From positions 49,910,001 through 49,974,000 of the forward strand of contig JBNRSN020000005.1 in assembly GCA_051313645.2 (NCBI GenBank): a stretch of DNA of 64,000 nt, given 5' to 3'. Source of the DNA: Centroscyllium fabricii. Lineage: Eukaryota. The translations under genes were made by a program, and so were the position numbers. The notes below the pieces were generated by a model that had not been told where the DNA came from, ran no database searches, and worked only from the letters and a program-made list of their open reading frames with translations. Shown piece after piece: positions 48,801-61,724 of this stretch. The stretch's first letter is position 1. Each line of letters starts with the position of its first letter.

Positions 48801-49910
48801 CCTAAGCCTCTCTGTGTTTGTCTTAATGCTGCAGTAGTGTTTTCCTGACCGTAGCAGTGAGAAGAGGCTGTTGTTCGGGTGATTAGGATCCTTAATGATC
48901 ATCTTAGCCTTAGTCATGCACCGCCTGGTGTAGATATCCTGCAGGTTAGGGAGTGCACCCCCGGTGGTACATTCTGCCAACCGTACCACCCTCTGCAGGG
49001 CCCTACAGTCTTGTTTAACGCTGTTACCATACCAGGCGGTGATGCTCCCCGACAGGATACTACCTTTAGAAAAGTTGTTTAGTATTTGGGGGGACATTCT
49101 AAATTTCCTCAGCCTTCTTCACCACGGTGTCTATATGAAGGGACCATGTCAGGTCGTCAGAAAGATGGACCCCGAGGTATCTGAAATTACTCACCCTCTC
49201 TACTGGGGTTCCATCGATTGTGAGAGAGTTTTTGTACCTCTCCTGCTTCCTCGCAAAGTCTACTATCAGCTCCTTAGTTTTGCTGACATTCAGGAAGAGG
49301 TTGTTGTCCTGGCACCACAGTGACAGGTTCCCCACTTCCTTCAGGTAGGCCTTCTCGTCGTTGTTGGTGACCAGGCCCACTACAACTGTATCATCAGCAA
49401 ACTTGACGATGGTGTTGGAGTCATGCGTGGCTACACAGTCGTGTGTGTGTACAGGGAGTACAGGAGGGGACTCAGAACACAGCCTTGGGGGTCCCCATAT
49501 TGAGGATGATGGTCGATGAGCTGTAGCCTCCTACCCTCACCACCTGGGGTCTACCCGTCAGGAAGCTGTGGGACAGCTCTCCCAATTTTTGCATGCCCCC
49601 AGATGTTATTGAGGGCTTTGCAGGGTTGACTGGGCTGGGTATTCCTTTGTCATGTCCGAATCTGATGCCTAGGTCAATGCTGGGTGGGCCATCCGGTTTA
49701 TTCTTCTTATACTTTTTTTGCAACGGTTTAATATAACTGAGAGGCTTGCTAGGCCAATTCAGAGGGCAGTTAAGAGACAATCACATTGCTGTGGGTCTGG
49801 AGTCACATATAGGCCAGACCAGGTAAGGGTGGCAGATTTCCTTCCCAGAGGACAAAAACCAGATGGATTTTTATGACAATCCGATAGTTTCATGGTTACC
49901 ATTACTGATA
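45889..49910 (-). mobile_element. Decayed CR1/L2-clade LINE (endonuclease + RT) interrupted by a Rex1-like LINE
   Basis: NLLDLVLT...SDH (endonuclease); NYHPISLLS...QFGFR...ALDIKAAFD...VPQGSVLGP (RT). Resumes at 49566 after the insertion. Confidence 0.8.
48576..49565 (-). mobile_element. Rex1/Babar-like LINE 3' fragment nested in the older LINE
   Basis: KFADDT-like motif; WCQDNNLFLNVSKTKELIVDF; SILSGSITAWYG...SFYPQAI. Apparent TSD CTGTG (48571-48575 / 49566-49570). Confidence 0.8.
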
Positions 49911-49985
49911 CTTTTGTTTTAAAGTGCATGAGTCACTAAACCGGACAAGGTATCGGCAGCAGACCAAATCTTGTAACAACCATAT

Positions 49986-50746
49986 TGCCCAGTATTTCCG
50001 ATGCTCACACCTGGATTTGGAGCCGGGTGTAAGCGCACCCAAGCTCCAAATCGCATGAAACAGCCATTTCCAGCTGCTCTATGCATTTCTGAAGGCGGCC
50101 AGCAGGGGAGGGGGGAGAGCTGCTGCGAGGAGGATCGCACTCGCCTGCGCACCAGGGGGTGCGCAGTAAACTTCCGGGTTTTTTTCAGAATTTTTCATCG
50201 GGGTAAATATTGAAGATTTTACACTTCAAAATATCAGACGCAAGCACCCGTTTTTAGCAGGTAAGTCTTTGTTTTATACAATTTAAGTATTGTTCTTACA
50301 GGTTTTTAATTTTTTTAAACTTTAAAGACAGGTAAGTATTCTTTTAGGCCAGTTAAAGACTGTAAAAAAAAAATCTACATTTTTCTTTAAAATAGATAAT
50401 TTATGTTAGTTGGAGTATTGTTAAAAAATGTGGTGTTTTTTAAATTTTATTTTTGAGTTTAGATGTGTTTTGGAAGATCTCTCTTTTCAAAAGTTACACA
50501 GATTTCTCCGTGTAAGTTTTGAATGGAGGATTGCTTCCATTGATTGGCTCCCTGCCGATCACGTGGTCTCGTGCGATATTTCGAATGAATTATGTCGTTC
50601 AGTTGCACCAGCAGCTCGCATAGAGCTTTCACCAGCTGTACAACTCGGGAGTTCACAGCGTAAAATTTCAAAACGGCAAAAGTGCAGGGTAAGTGCAAAT
50701 AGGAGCCCAATACTCGCACGAAGGCTCCAAGGCTAATTTCTGGGCC
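49986..50746. mobile_element. Older Harbinger-like MITE
   Basis: Degenerate TIR (GCCCAGTATTT / AATTTCTGGGCC), same style as 13013-13751. Confidence 0.5.
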
Positions 50747-51217
50747 ATTATTGGCCCCCTGCTAACCATTATTTCTATAAAATTCATTTTATATAATAAA
50801 TACAAACAGAAAATGCTGGAAATGCACAGCAGATCATTTAGTATTTATAAAGAGAGACGATAATCCTTCATCGAAATGACGACTGCTGCACACAAAATAT
50901 GTGAACCTTTCAGACACTGATGGACTGGCTGTATATTTCCAGAATTTTCTGTTCTTCAGTTCTGCAGTTTCACACAAAATTAATTTAGAAATAAACAAAT
51001 TCCAAATGTAATACTGTACAGCACTATCATCCTGTGAAGACCTTCTGGAACTAATTTTGACCTTGTACAAAAGTGTAAAACGGGTGATAGAGAATCGGCA
51101 GCACATTTTCCATCTCTCCCAATTTTTGTTTTCATTGACTTCAAATTCAGAGAAATAAATAATAGACACAAATAGTTGTTTTGGGCCTTTATTGAGGCTG
51201 TCTTTAATTTTTATATT

Positions 51218-51948
51218 GGCCCAGATTTTCCTGTCAAAATAATGGTGAGGTTAATGGTGCTCGCCGTTATTTATGTGCAAACGGTACAGCAACTTCAGGC
51301 GAGGGGCAGATGTGCAGTTAAACTCAAAAGTCCAAATGTTGCTGTCCGAGCTGCGCCACTCTGCTGTTGGCTTTGCAAAAACGGCCTCTCGCTGTCAGCC
51401 TCACCATTGAAATGCATTGAATGGCATGAAGTTACTATATTTGCGCACTAGATACGAACTAAACTCACCACAAAAAGTTAAGTCTCGGCCATTCCAGTCT
51501 AAAAACCATTTTAACGATGTGATAATTGTTAATTACTGCCAGACAACTTCTCTGGCACTAAAAATTAACTATTACAAGTGTGGAGTCTCATTCCTTCAGG
51601 TTTTAATTATTGATGGAGATTTTAAAAAGGTGAAATTTAAATTTTTATTGTATTTTTATCTTTTCCTTTGTGTCTGTTTTTTCTCTCTCACTTAATCCAA
51701 TCTTTCTTTCCCTCTTTATTTTTCTTTGACAGTGAATTCACCCATTCTAATTTACACTTCCTTCTCAGTCCTTGGGCTGTTAATTGCATAATTCTTCAAT
51801 ATGATAGGTTAAGGTGATACACAGTTGCTTGCCCTGTTCACGGAGGTCCCAGATACCCAATTTCCTTTGCTGCGGCTTTATCAGCTCGCACTTTCAGCAA
51901 CATGCCACGAAAAAATGTAAAAACATAAATGTGCAAGGGCAAATCTCA
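51218..51948. mobile_element. Older MITE-like element abutting a younger MITE
   Basis: Starts GGCCCAGATTTT; ends GGGCAAATCT where the next element begins. Confidence 0.4.
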
Positions 51949-52682
51949 GAGCGTGAAATTCGTGAGCGCACGATTTGGGGCACTAAATTGGGGCGCACTG
52001 CTAAAATTAGCGTCCGAGCGCCCGATATTACGTTTTGCACCGGCCTTGCAGATTTTAGCGCTAAATCTAGCGTTGCGCGGCTGCAAACGCCCAATTTCAT
52101 GGCGCTAATTGCCGATCGCGGATGCAGCGCTCCTTCAGCAACTCCTTGCTTTCCCATGATCTCGGGCCGCCCGACCCCCCCCCCCCCCTCATCATCTGGC
52201 TGATCTCGGGCCGCCCGAACCCCCTCAACATCTGCCCGATCTCGGCCGACCCCCCCTCAGCATCTGCCCAATCTCGGGCCGACCCTCCTCCCGCAGCAAC
52301 TGGCCGATCTCGGACCGACCCCCCGCAGCAATTGGCCGATCTCGGGCCGAAGAGGCTACCGAGGAAAGGGAGGGTCGCCCTTTTAGAAGCGCTGCAGCGG
52401 CCACTTAGACCCTCAGCAGCGCTTGCCAAAGTTGGCGCTGGCAGCGCTGCACCAGGGGGACTGGCGCAAAGGCAAATTTCGGGCTCAGCTCAGCGGGCGG
52501 GCTTTGCACCCGGCTATGCATGATGACTGCCGATCGCAAATTAGCACGCGCTAACAGTTAGCACCGGCGCTTGGGTGGCGAATTTAGCGCCCGGCGCTAA
52601 ATTCTTTATGCTCGGCGCAAAACCCTCCTGCGTCCATTTTCCGGCACTAATCAGCCGGCGCTAAGGCGCCAATTTCGCGCCC
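51949..52682. mobile_element. GC-rich Harbinger-like MITE (family of 15263-16174)
   Basis: AAATTCGTGAGCGCACGATTT...GCCAATTTCGCGCCC; clearly homologous to 15263-16174. Again next to a CR1 tail. Confidence 0.75.
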
Positions 52683-52834
52683 ATAGAGTCACAGCACAGA
52701 AAGAGGCCCTTCGGCCCATCATGTCTATGCCGGCCATCGAGCCCTGTCTACTCTAATCCCATTTTCCTGCACTTGGTCCGTAGCCTTGTATGCTATGGCA
52801 CTTCAAGTACTCATCCAAATGCTTCTTGAATGTT

Positions 52835-53175
52835 AAAAGTCACACAACACCAGGTTTAAAGTCCAACGTTTTATTTTAAATCACAAGCTTTCGGAGCTTT
52901 TGCCCCTTCGTCAGGTGAAAGAGAAACTAAAGTCAAAGATCACACACATGGGGGAGGGGAGAAATTTGATCCCATACATCCAACCCTAGAGCACACAAGC
53001 ATATTAGCATACCTTAACACCTCAGTCTGCGAACAATGGGGCACAATTGCAAAACACAGAGTGATTTTTTTTCCCTTCTTTAAAGCAAAAAAGGCACATC
53101 AAAAGGGTGCAGTCACAGGGCCTAACGCTAGTCTGCTGTAAATCCCACAGAATTACTTTTTTTATATAAAAAAGC
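52835..53175 (-). mobile_element. Short Penelope-like insertion within CR1
   Basis: 8-bp TSD TGAATGTT (52827-52834 / 53176-53183); carries a hammerhead motif. Confidence 0.8.
52881..52918 (-). ncRNA. Minimal type I hammerhead ribozyme motif
   Basis: rc TCAC-CTGACGA-A-GGGGC-AAAA-GCTCC-GAAA-GCTT-GTGA: intact core, stem I TCAC/GTGA, stem II, palindromic AGCT stem III. Confidence 0.75.
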
Positions 53176-54678
53176 TGAATGTTGTGAGGGTTCCTGCCTC
53201 CACCACCCTTTCAGGCAGTGAGTTCCAGATTCCAACCACCCTCTGGGTGAAAAAGTTCTTCCTCAAGTCCCCTCTAAACCTCCTGCCCCTTACCTTGGAA
53301 CTATGTCCCCTTGTTATTGACCCCTCTACCAAGGGAAAAAGTTCCTTTCTATTTACCCTATCAATGCCCCTCATAATTTTGTACACCTCAATCAGGTCCC
53401 CCCTCAGCCTTCTCTGCTCCAAGGAAAACAACCCCAGCCTGCCCAGTCTTTCTTCATAGCTGAAGCGCTCCAGCCCAGGTAACATCCTGGTGAATCTCCT
53501 CTGCACCCTCTCCAAGGCAATCACATCCTTCCTATAGTGTGGCGACCAGAACTGCACACAGTACTCCAGCTGTGGCCTTAGCAGCGTTTTGTACAGCTCC
53601 ATCATAACCTCCCTGCTCTTATATTCTATGCCTCGGCTAATGAAGGCAAGTATCCCATATGCCTTTTTAACCACCTTTTCTACCTGTCCTGCTGCCTTCA
53701 GGGATCTATGTACATGCACACCAAGGTCCCTCTGATCTTCTATCTTTCCTAGTGTCTTACCATTCATTGTGTATTCCCTTGCCTTGTTAGTCCTTCCAAA
53801 ATGCATCGCCTCACACTTTTCAGGGTTAAATTCCATTTGCCACTGCTCCGCCCATCTGACCAACCCATCTATATCGTCCTGCAGACTGAGGCTACCCTTC
53901 TTGCTATCTACCACCCCACCAATTTTCGTGTCATCTGCGAACTTACTGATCATACCCTTTACATTCATATCCAAATCATTAATATAGACTACAAACAGCA
54001 AGGGACCCAGCACCGATCCCTGCGGTACCCCGCTGGACACAGGCTTCCAGTCACAAAAACAACCTTCGACCATCACCCTCTGCCTTCTGTCACTAAGCCA
54101 GTTTTGGATCCACTGTGCCAAGGTACCCTGGATCCCATGGGCTCTTACCTTCTTGACCAGTCTCCTATGCGGGACTTTATCAAAAGCCTTATAAAATCCA
54201 AGTATACCACATCCACTGCACTACCCTCGTCCACACGCCTAGTCACCCCCTCGAAAATTTCAATTAAGTTGGTCAGACATGATCTTCCCTTGACAAACCC
54301 ATGCTGACTATCCTTGATTAATCCTTGCCTCTCCAGGTGAATGCTAATTCTATCCCTCAGAGTTTTTTCCAATAATTTCCCTACCACTGATGTTAGGCTC
54401 ACTGGCCTGTAATTCCCTGGTTTATCCCTACTACACTTCTTGAATAATGGTACTAAATCTAACTAACAGCAGGCGCTGTTAGATGTTCTGCAACAGCAAA
54501 ATTTGGTCCCATTGTTTTTCCATGAAGTCTAGGAAGGAAGCAGCAGGTTAATTTATCTGCACATGCTATTCACTACAGGGTTTGCTGAATAGTGATCAAG
54601 AGCAGAACTCTGATCAATTGTCCCCTCCCTCACACTGGAGCTCAAGTGTTAGGTTTCCCATCACAGTCAATTAGCTTC

Positions 54679-54713
54679 CACCTGACGAAGGAGCAGCACT
54701 CCGAAAGCTTGTG
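54679..54713 (+). ncRNA. Minimal type I hammerhead ribozyme motif in a Penelope-type terminal repeat (~54677-54800)
   Basis: CAC-CTGACGA-A-GGAG-CAGCA-CTCC-GAAA-GCTT-GTG. Confidence 0.72.
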
Positions 54714-55069
54714 ATTTAAAATAAAACTTTTGGGACTATAACCTGGTGTTGTGTGATTTCTTGCATTTGTCCACCCCAGTCCAACACCGGCACATCATAA
54801 TTAGCTATCCAGCAGTCACAGCCAAGGCTTAAACATGAATATGGATCACTTGGGAGAGGTACTGTGGAGCAACTGATACCTGTGGAACCATACCACAGTG
54901 AGGTGAGAAAATAAAAAACATTAGTGTGCATTTTCTGGGTTCTCTGCACAGTATGTACCAATGCCAAAGGAATAATAATTATTGAGTAAAGGGGTACCTT
55001 CTTTGCCTTCATAACAACACTCACAATACTTCAAAGTAATTTGTTGTACCTAATGGACTTTCATACAAT

Positions 55070-56270
55070 CAGAATGATTGATTAGGCCTCATCTGGAGCA
55101 GTGTGTTCAATTCTGGGCACCACACTTTAGGAAGGATGTCAAGGCCTTAGAGGGGGTGCAGAAGAGATTTACTAGAATGGTACCAGTGATGAGGGACTTC
55201 AGTTATGTGGAGAGACTGGAGAAGCTGACGTTGTTCTCCTTAATGCCCCAGTTTCACTGGAGGCTAAGAATGTCAAGAATATCAAGAATCGTCAGGAATC
55301 GAAATTCTTGGCGATTCTGCAAAAAATGCGAAAATTCGTGGTTGATTCTTGGCGATTCTTGGTGAATTCTTGGCGATTCTGGACAAGGTTAAGAATCTAT
55401 CACGAATTATTGTAGGAATGAGGTACGAATCACTCACGAATATGAAGAATTAATTTACGAATCCACTACGACCTCCACGATTAAGTTACGAATTCTACGA
55501 ATTAGCTACGAATTATCTACGAATTGCATTCGTAGTGCATTCGTGGACATTCGTGGACATTCGTGATGAATTCGGCGTTTTTCCACGAATTTGAGAAAAT
55601 CAAGAATGCCCAAGAATAGGCAAGAATGCACTAAGAATCCACTACGAATCAGTTACGAACGGTAAGAAAGGGTCACGAACGGTAAGAAAGGGTCACGAAT
55701 TGTTTAGGAATCTATCACGAATTGGACATTCGTGAACCCTCCCACGAAATTTTTTGACAAACAAAAACTTTCTTGAAAACTCAAAGAAATCCCGCGAACT
55801 TCCGCGAACTCTACGAATCCGCTACGAATCCACTACGAATCAACCACGAATTGCAAGAATTACCCACGAATCGGACAAATTTCACAATCGGCACGATTCG
55901 GCAATTCGTAGCCTCCAGTGAAACCGGGGCATTAAGCAGAGGAGGTTAAGAGGAGATTTGTAAGAGGTGTTCAAAATCATGATTGTTTTGATAGAGTAAA
56001 TAATGAGAAACTTGATAGAGTAAATAATGAGAAACTGTTTACAGTGTCAGAAGGGTCGTAACCAGAGGACATTGGTAAAAGAACCAGAGGTGACATGAGG
56101 ATATTTTTTTACACAGTGAGTTGTTGTGATCTGGAATGCACTTTCAAAAGGGAAATGGATAAATACTTGCAAGGAAAAAAATTGCAGGGTTATGGGGAAA
56201 GAGCAGGTGTGTGGGACTAATTGGAGAGCTCTTCCAAAGCACGATGGGCCGACTGAGGTGTGATCAAGTG
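55070..56270 (+). mobile_element. CR1 LINE 3' fragment interrupted by a MITE
   Basis: IRPHLEQCVQFWAPHFRKDV...LFSL; resumes at about 55932. Confidence 0.8.
55244..55931. mobile_element. Second, inverted copy of the ATTCGT-array MITE
   Basis: TGCCCCAGTTTCACTGGAGGCTA / TAGCCTCCAGTGAAACCGGGGCA, flanked by TTAA on both sides. Reverse-complement homolog of 28072-28812. Confidence 0.88.
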
Positions 56271-57639
56271 CTACATATAAATACAACTCTCTTCAAGAAG
56301 TGTCAAACTTTTTTTCTTACTTTGCTTGCAGTTTTATAAGCTAAACTGAAAAGCATTCATTTTTAGCCATATTATCATGATAAGGCTCTTTTCCCTATCC
56401 AAACAAAGAAAATTGTTTGCTGATTGATTTTCCTTAGACAGTGGTGCCCAGTGAGCAACAAGCTATCATTTTGACTCTGACCCTTCATCAATACACATGA
56501 AAAGTCCCGCCTGAAAAATGACCTTGCCTTTCTATTTCCATTGCTGTTTCATTTACTGTGTACTTCCAGTATTTGTACTTTCTATTTTTATCTTCAAGAA
56601 ATGAATTGTCATTCTTCATAAAAGCATTTATGATAACTAAGGGAGGGACTTTGTCAAATAAATACAAGTATGCTGTTGAAAAGCAAGCTTACAAAGATTC
56701 AGATACATATTTACCAGATGGTCATTTATATTAAATAATTAGCCTTTCACTTTCAGGACAGAAACAAGAGACAAAGGCCATATGAAAAGTTGAAGATGAT
56801 ACAAAGCAAAGGAAAGAACTGAGAATTGAGTGAAAAGTGCAGGCAGAGCATTAGAACACCTTATTTGGCAACACTAGTCAGGTCTCCCATCCTGTCACAG
56901 GTCCAACCCTGCAATGCAGAAATCAGTCCTTCAAGCTGATGCGAGGGCTGTTTTGTGCTATAGATTTGTCACAATTGAACTGTGACAGACACTGGTGCCT
57001 TTCCCCTTGGATCCTAAGGTCACAGAAAAGAAGCTTTCATGCAACAAATACAAAGGCAATTATAATGCACTAAACTACCCAATAATCAAACCTTTTAGAC
57101 TGATTTAAATACATCACATTTCCTACATTATAGAGTTGGAAATTAACTACAATGATGGATATTTGTTGGAAACACTAACTAACATTTAGTTTTCTCATAA
57201 AATATAACTCCTTGACTGCCTGGCAAGTATTTCTTCAGATATACTTTAATATTTTGAAACAGTAGTCTATGTGCCAAATTATATTTGACGACATATCTGT
57301 ATGTGAATAATATCTTTAAATCCTTGCAGACATACTAGCTGTTACTCAGGGTCAATAGCAGTTAATAAGAGTCTGGTGCCAGATTTTTTAAAGGTCACTC
57401 TCTACTGTGATGCATTTGTTTGGATAGAAACCTATAATGGGAAATGACTGGTTTAGCTATTCAGCTGTGATAGAATGATCACAAATTAATCTGATCTGTC
57501 GATGTGCAATATGAACTTGTAAAAATAAGTATCATCCTCAAAATTCAGTCATAATTTTTTTCTTTATCGTAACAGATTAAATGGATCTAATCATCTGGCA
57601 AATAGTCCAGTCACGCAACTTATGTATGTTGAATACAAA

Positions 57640-57990
57640 CATGCATTTATATAGCATCTTATCACAGCCTCAAGGTAGCACAAACACTTTACAGCTAATG
57701 GATTATTTTTTGAAATAAACTATTGTTTTTTGGCAGCCGATTTGCACACTGTAAGGTCACACAAACAAATGACCATTTTTTGATGGTGTTGGTTGAGGGT
57801 AGTGTGTTGGTCAGGAAACCTGTAGCCCTCCCTCTTCTCTGTTTTGAATAGTGCCATGGAATTGTTTATGCCTACCTGAGCTACCAGATGGGGTTTAATG
57901 TCACTTCCAGCAATGCAGAACAACTCTACTGCACTGAAGCGTTAGACTAGATTTTGTGCTCATGTCTGTAATGAGGCATAAACCCACAGG
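57640..57990 (-). mobile_element. Degenerate Deu-domain SINE
   Basis: TGCATTTATATAGC...AATAGTGCCATGG...; homologous to 11569-12016. Confidence 0.6.
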
Positions 57991-58889
57991 GGGTTAAATT
58001 GAGCCAATTAGCACCCATTTTCAGGTGCGACACCACTTCCTCAGGCCCCAAAATGGTGAGTAGTAAGCGCGCGCATACTTATAGTAAAGGGAAAGGGAGA
58101 TTTTGATTTTATAGTGGGGTTAGAATTATTTGCAAAAGTTATTATACATGCTACATCCTTATTTCTCTTAAATTGTACCCTTTCCATAGCCTCCAATATT
58201 TTGGTGCCCTTCTGCCATGTATCATTTACCTGCGTGACCAGGCAGTCAACTGTTCCCAAGTCTCCATCAAAGTTGCCCTGCAACTGCTGCTAGTGCTACC
58301 ATGGGTAGTTTTCACCAAAGTTGTTTCCCTTACCAGGGGGACACATACGTACCCTCTCCCTCAAAACACCATTATCAAAATCAATTACTTTCTCAACATT
58401 ATGGAAAACAAGACATCAACTTGCATCTTACCCAAAGGGCATTCTAAAATGTTGCATGCATTCTGCACATTTTGCTCTATTTTCTCTTCATCTGATTAGT
58501 AGTTTAAATTCACAAGAATACAACTTTTTTGCATCCTGGTGCTTTAAAACTGCAAAGGCTTAATATCGGACATGTCCATCAAATAATATATTAAATTGGA
58601 TATTCAATACTGAAATATGTTGATTATCTTGAGTTCTTTGTAGAAGCTATATTTATTATTTCTTTTAGAACATGCTTCAATACAAAATAGTTCTGAAGGA
58701 GATGTCAACTTTCCACTTCTTGGTATTTAATTCATAAATTCAAAGGACTGAAAATTGTCCTTAAGAAGCTTGGGCATGTTGATATTCATGGTGATTCTCC
58801 TGCTCATCCGCCGTAACTATGGCAGAAGAATTGTGGAAACCCCCCCTCCCCCAAGAAAACAACATAAACATTGTTCATCCCCTTACTCT

Positions 58890-59385
58890 TTAGTACTGCA
58901 TTCAGTTATGGACAAAAGGATATATTGGCATTGGCGAGGGTACAGTTCCAATTTACCAGACTGATACCAGGGCTTAAAGGGTTAAATTTTGAGGACATAA
59001 ACTTGGCTTGTGTTCTCCTGAGTTTAGAAGGTTGGGGGGTAATCTAATCGAGCTGTTTAAAATTATAAACAGTATTTAATAAGGTAGAAAGAAAAATATT
59101 TCCTCTTTTGTGGAAATCCAGAACAAGAGGCCATAACCTTAAAATTAGATCCAGGCCATTTAACAGTGAAATCAGGAAGCACTTTTTCACTCAAAGGCAA
59201 TGCAACTCACTCCCCTAAAATGGTGGGTCAATTGAAATTTTGAAGACTGAGATCGCTAGATTTTTATTAGGTAAGGGTATCAATGGGACATAGGTGGGTA
59301 AAAGGTGTTGATGTACGGATCAGCCATGATCTAACTGAATGGCGAAGCATGCTCGAAGGGCTGAATGGCCGACTCCTGTTCCTAG
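58890..59385 (+). mobile_element. Old CR1 3' fragment
   Basis: Ends GATCAGCCATGATCTAACTGAATGGCGAAGCATGCTCGAAGGGCTGAATGGCCGACTCCTGTTCCTA. Confidence 0.7.
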
Positions 59386-61724
59386 TATCAAAACCCATTA
59401 CTACAATTATAGCTGTCTTAAATGCTTTGTAATAGTCTTCTTACAGAGAAGTCACCTTCAAGGAATATGAGTGAGATTTATGACCAAAAGGAGTGAGACA
59501 GATTGAAAAAACATTTCAACTTCTGAAAAGATGTATATTTTTAGGAGTGAACTAGGGCACGTTTTTAGAACAAAATGAGTGAGGCTCACCCCAAATTGTA
59601 AGAGTTGACAGCCTTGTTTATGTTGGCAATAATTTCTGTGGGCACAATGAATTGCAGTTTTCCTGGGACCTCACCGCATGTACGTATAAATGGAGCTTCA
59701 AGAAACAGCGACCAAAACAAAGAATTCAAACATGTTTATTCTGCTTAGCGGGAAACAAAGAACAAAACAATTTATTTGACGTTTCAATTTCACCCATTAT
59801 GGAAGCAATTAGGAGTTTGTCACACAACACTAAACAGTATTAATAATGCATGATTCTTATCGAAGTTGTACTGAACAGATGATTTTTAAATGGGTGTGTC
59901 CACTACTGTATCTGTGTTGTAAATGTGTTGTCTGCCATCTATACTTGTACATGTTAAAAAATAAAGTTGAACTCTATCTTAGCACAATGTCTACAATCAT
60001 TTTAAGAGAAAGACTTGTACATCAAAATAGTTCTGCATCATCAAATGTTTACATTTCTTAAAATTCCTTCAGTAAAATACTGCAACATTTTTTATTTTAG
60101 TAAGTAGAAAGCAATTGCTAGCTCTCTAGAGGTGCCACAATAGATCAAAATAACTATAGCAATATCCAAAAATAGCACAAACTCTATTCAGCTGAAGAAT
60201 TTATTTAAATACCTTAGTGCTGTTGTTTATTCAGAGCTAACATTTTGAAGAGACAGTGGCCGTTTATTTATCTTTCATACAGAGTAAATATTTCTCCTGG
60301 TTTTAGTTGTTTCTCAAGCAATAATCTAGGGGGGGGAAATTCCCTTGCATTCCTACCCTATCAAGAAATGTGGGAGTACAGAGATGATAAACTAAGATTT
60401 TTTTCCTTTCTTCCCATAGAGATGCCTTGACTCAAGTCTTATTAGCAATATAGGATATATATTTATAACAATCTTGCCCTGTGAATTGGTCTAGCTGAGA
60501 GCTGACAGTTCAGAGGCATCTGAATTCATAGCATCAAAGCTGGGTCTTGAATCCTAGTTTCCTAATAAATTAAAGCCACTAAGCCATCATAAATCTAATC
60601 TACCTATAGAAAAGTCTTGTACCTAGTGCATCGATCGCATGTGTTACTCTTGCAGAGTCTTTGCCACATTTGCACCAGATTAGCTCACAGATATTCATAA
60701 AACAGCAACAAATCACAACTGAACAGATAACACTTGCTCACTGGTAGTTTTATTATCTTAAAAATATAATTTTTTACAAAACCTAATTTCTTCTGACCTG
60801 TAATTGGGATTTATACGCTGCTACCAATCCATAAACCTCCCTCACTAATAGCAATTAGCTTCCAATTGATCACAGGATGTGGCTATTTAGAGTAAAAAAT
60901 ACTTGGTTGCTTTAATGGGGTAGATCAGGTTATATGTGGCAGGGCCTTTTTTAGATTGCAATGGCGGCCGCCTGAAATGAGCGCAGGTCTCATTTCAATA
61001 ATGGAATTAGGCTCCTGCACCCATTTCCGGACCAGTTCACAAAATTGGTTAAAATTAGTCAGAGCTTGTGACGCCACAAACTCCGACTACTTTTCCAAGC
61101 TCTACAGCGGCCCTTAAATGGACCGCAGGAGGCCACGGAAAAAGCCTGCAGGCAAGTTTTTTAAACTTAGCTTAATGTGTAGCCAGGAGGAGCAGGAGCC
61201 CCTATGAGACTTGGCCGATGTCTGCCCCAGACAAAACTGATCAGCCCCTGACCGGCGAGCTGAGCCCGATTAGCACCCACAGCTCGATGGAATTATGATG
61301 ATGAGGGCCGACGACCGATTTAGGCCAGTCCTCAGGCCACTCCGTTCTTGGGCGCCTTGACTGCACACTACATGAAACATGCCCAGTTTCGGACGCTAAT
61401 TTAGGCCCCATGACATCCTCCAACTTGCCATCTGCAACAAATATTTTGTAAAAAAGTATGTCAAGTCTGTTAGAATGTTTGATGTACTTTAAATCAAGTC
61501 GAAGAACAAGGCAATGGTAGTCCAGAAACCAACTATCAATAAAAGTATCCTGACATTGCCAGTTGGATTATAGAAAACAGACATTTCAGAACATTTATAA
61601 AACAGTATATTGAGGATATTACATCTTTAACCAGCAAGAATTTAGGGACTGATGTCCCAGGTCAGATTAAGATGGGACGATGTTAAAAAATGGCAATGAG
61701 TACCAAAAGAGGATGTTCATTATC

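Larger units (their letters stand above)
52683..54455 (-). mobile_element. CR1 LINE ORF2 fragment (RT domain)
   Basis: QHGFVKGRSCLTNL, VPQGSVLGP, SKFADDTK; 319-aa ORF at 53162-54121. Confidence 0.95.
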
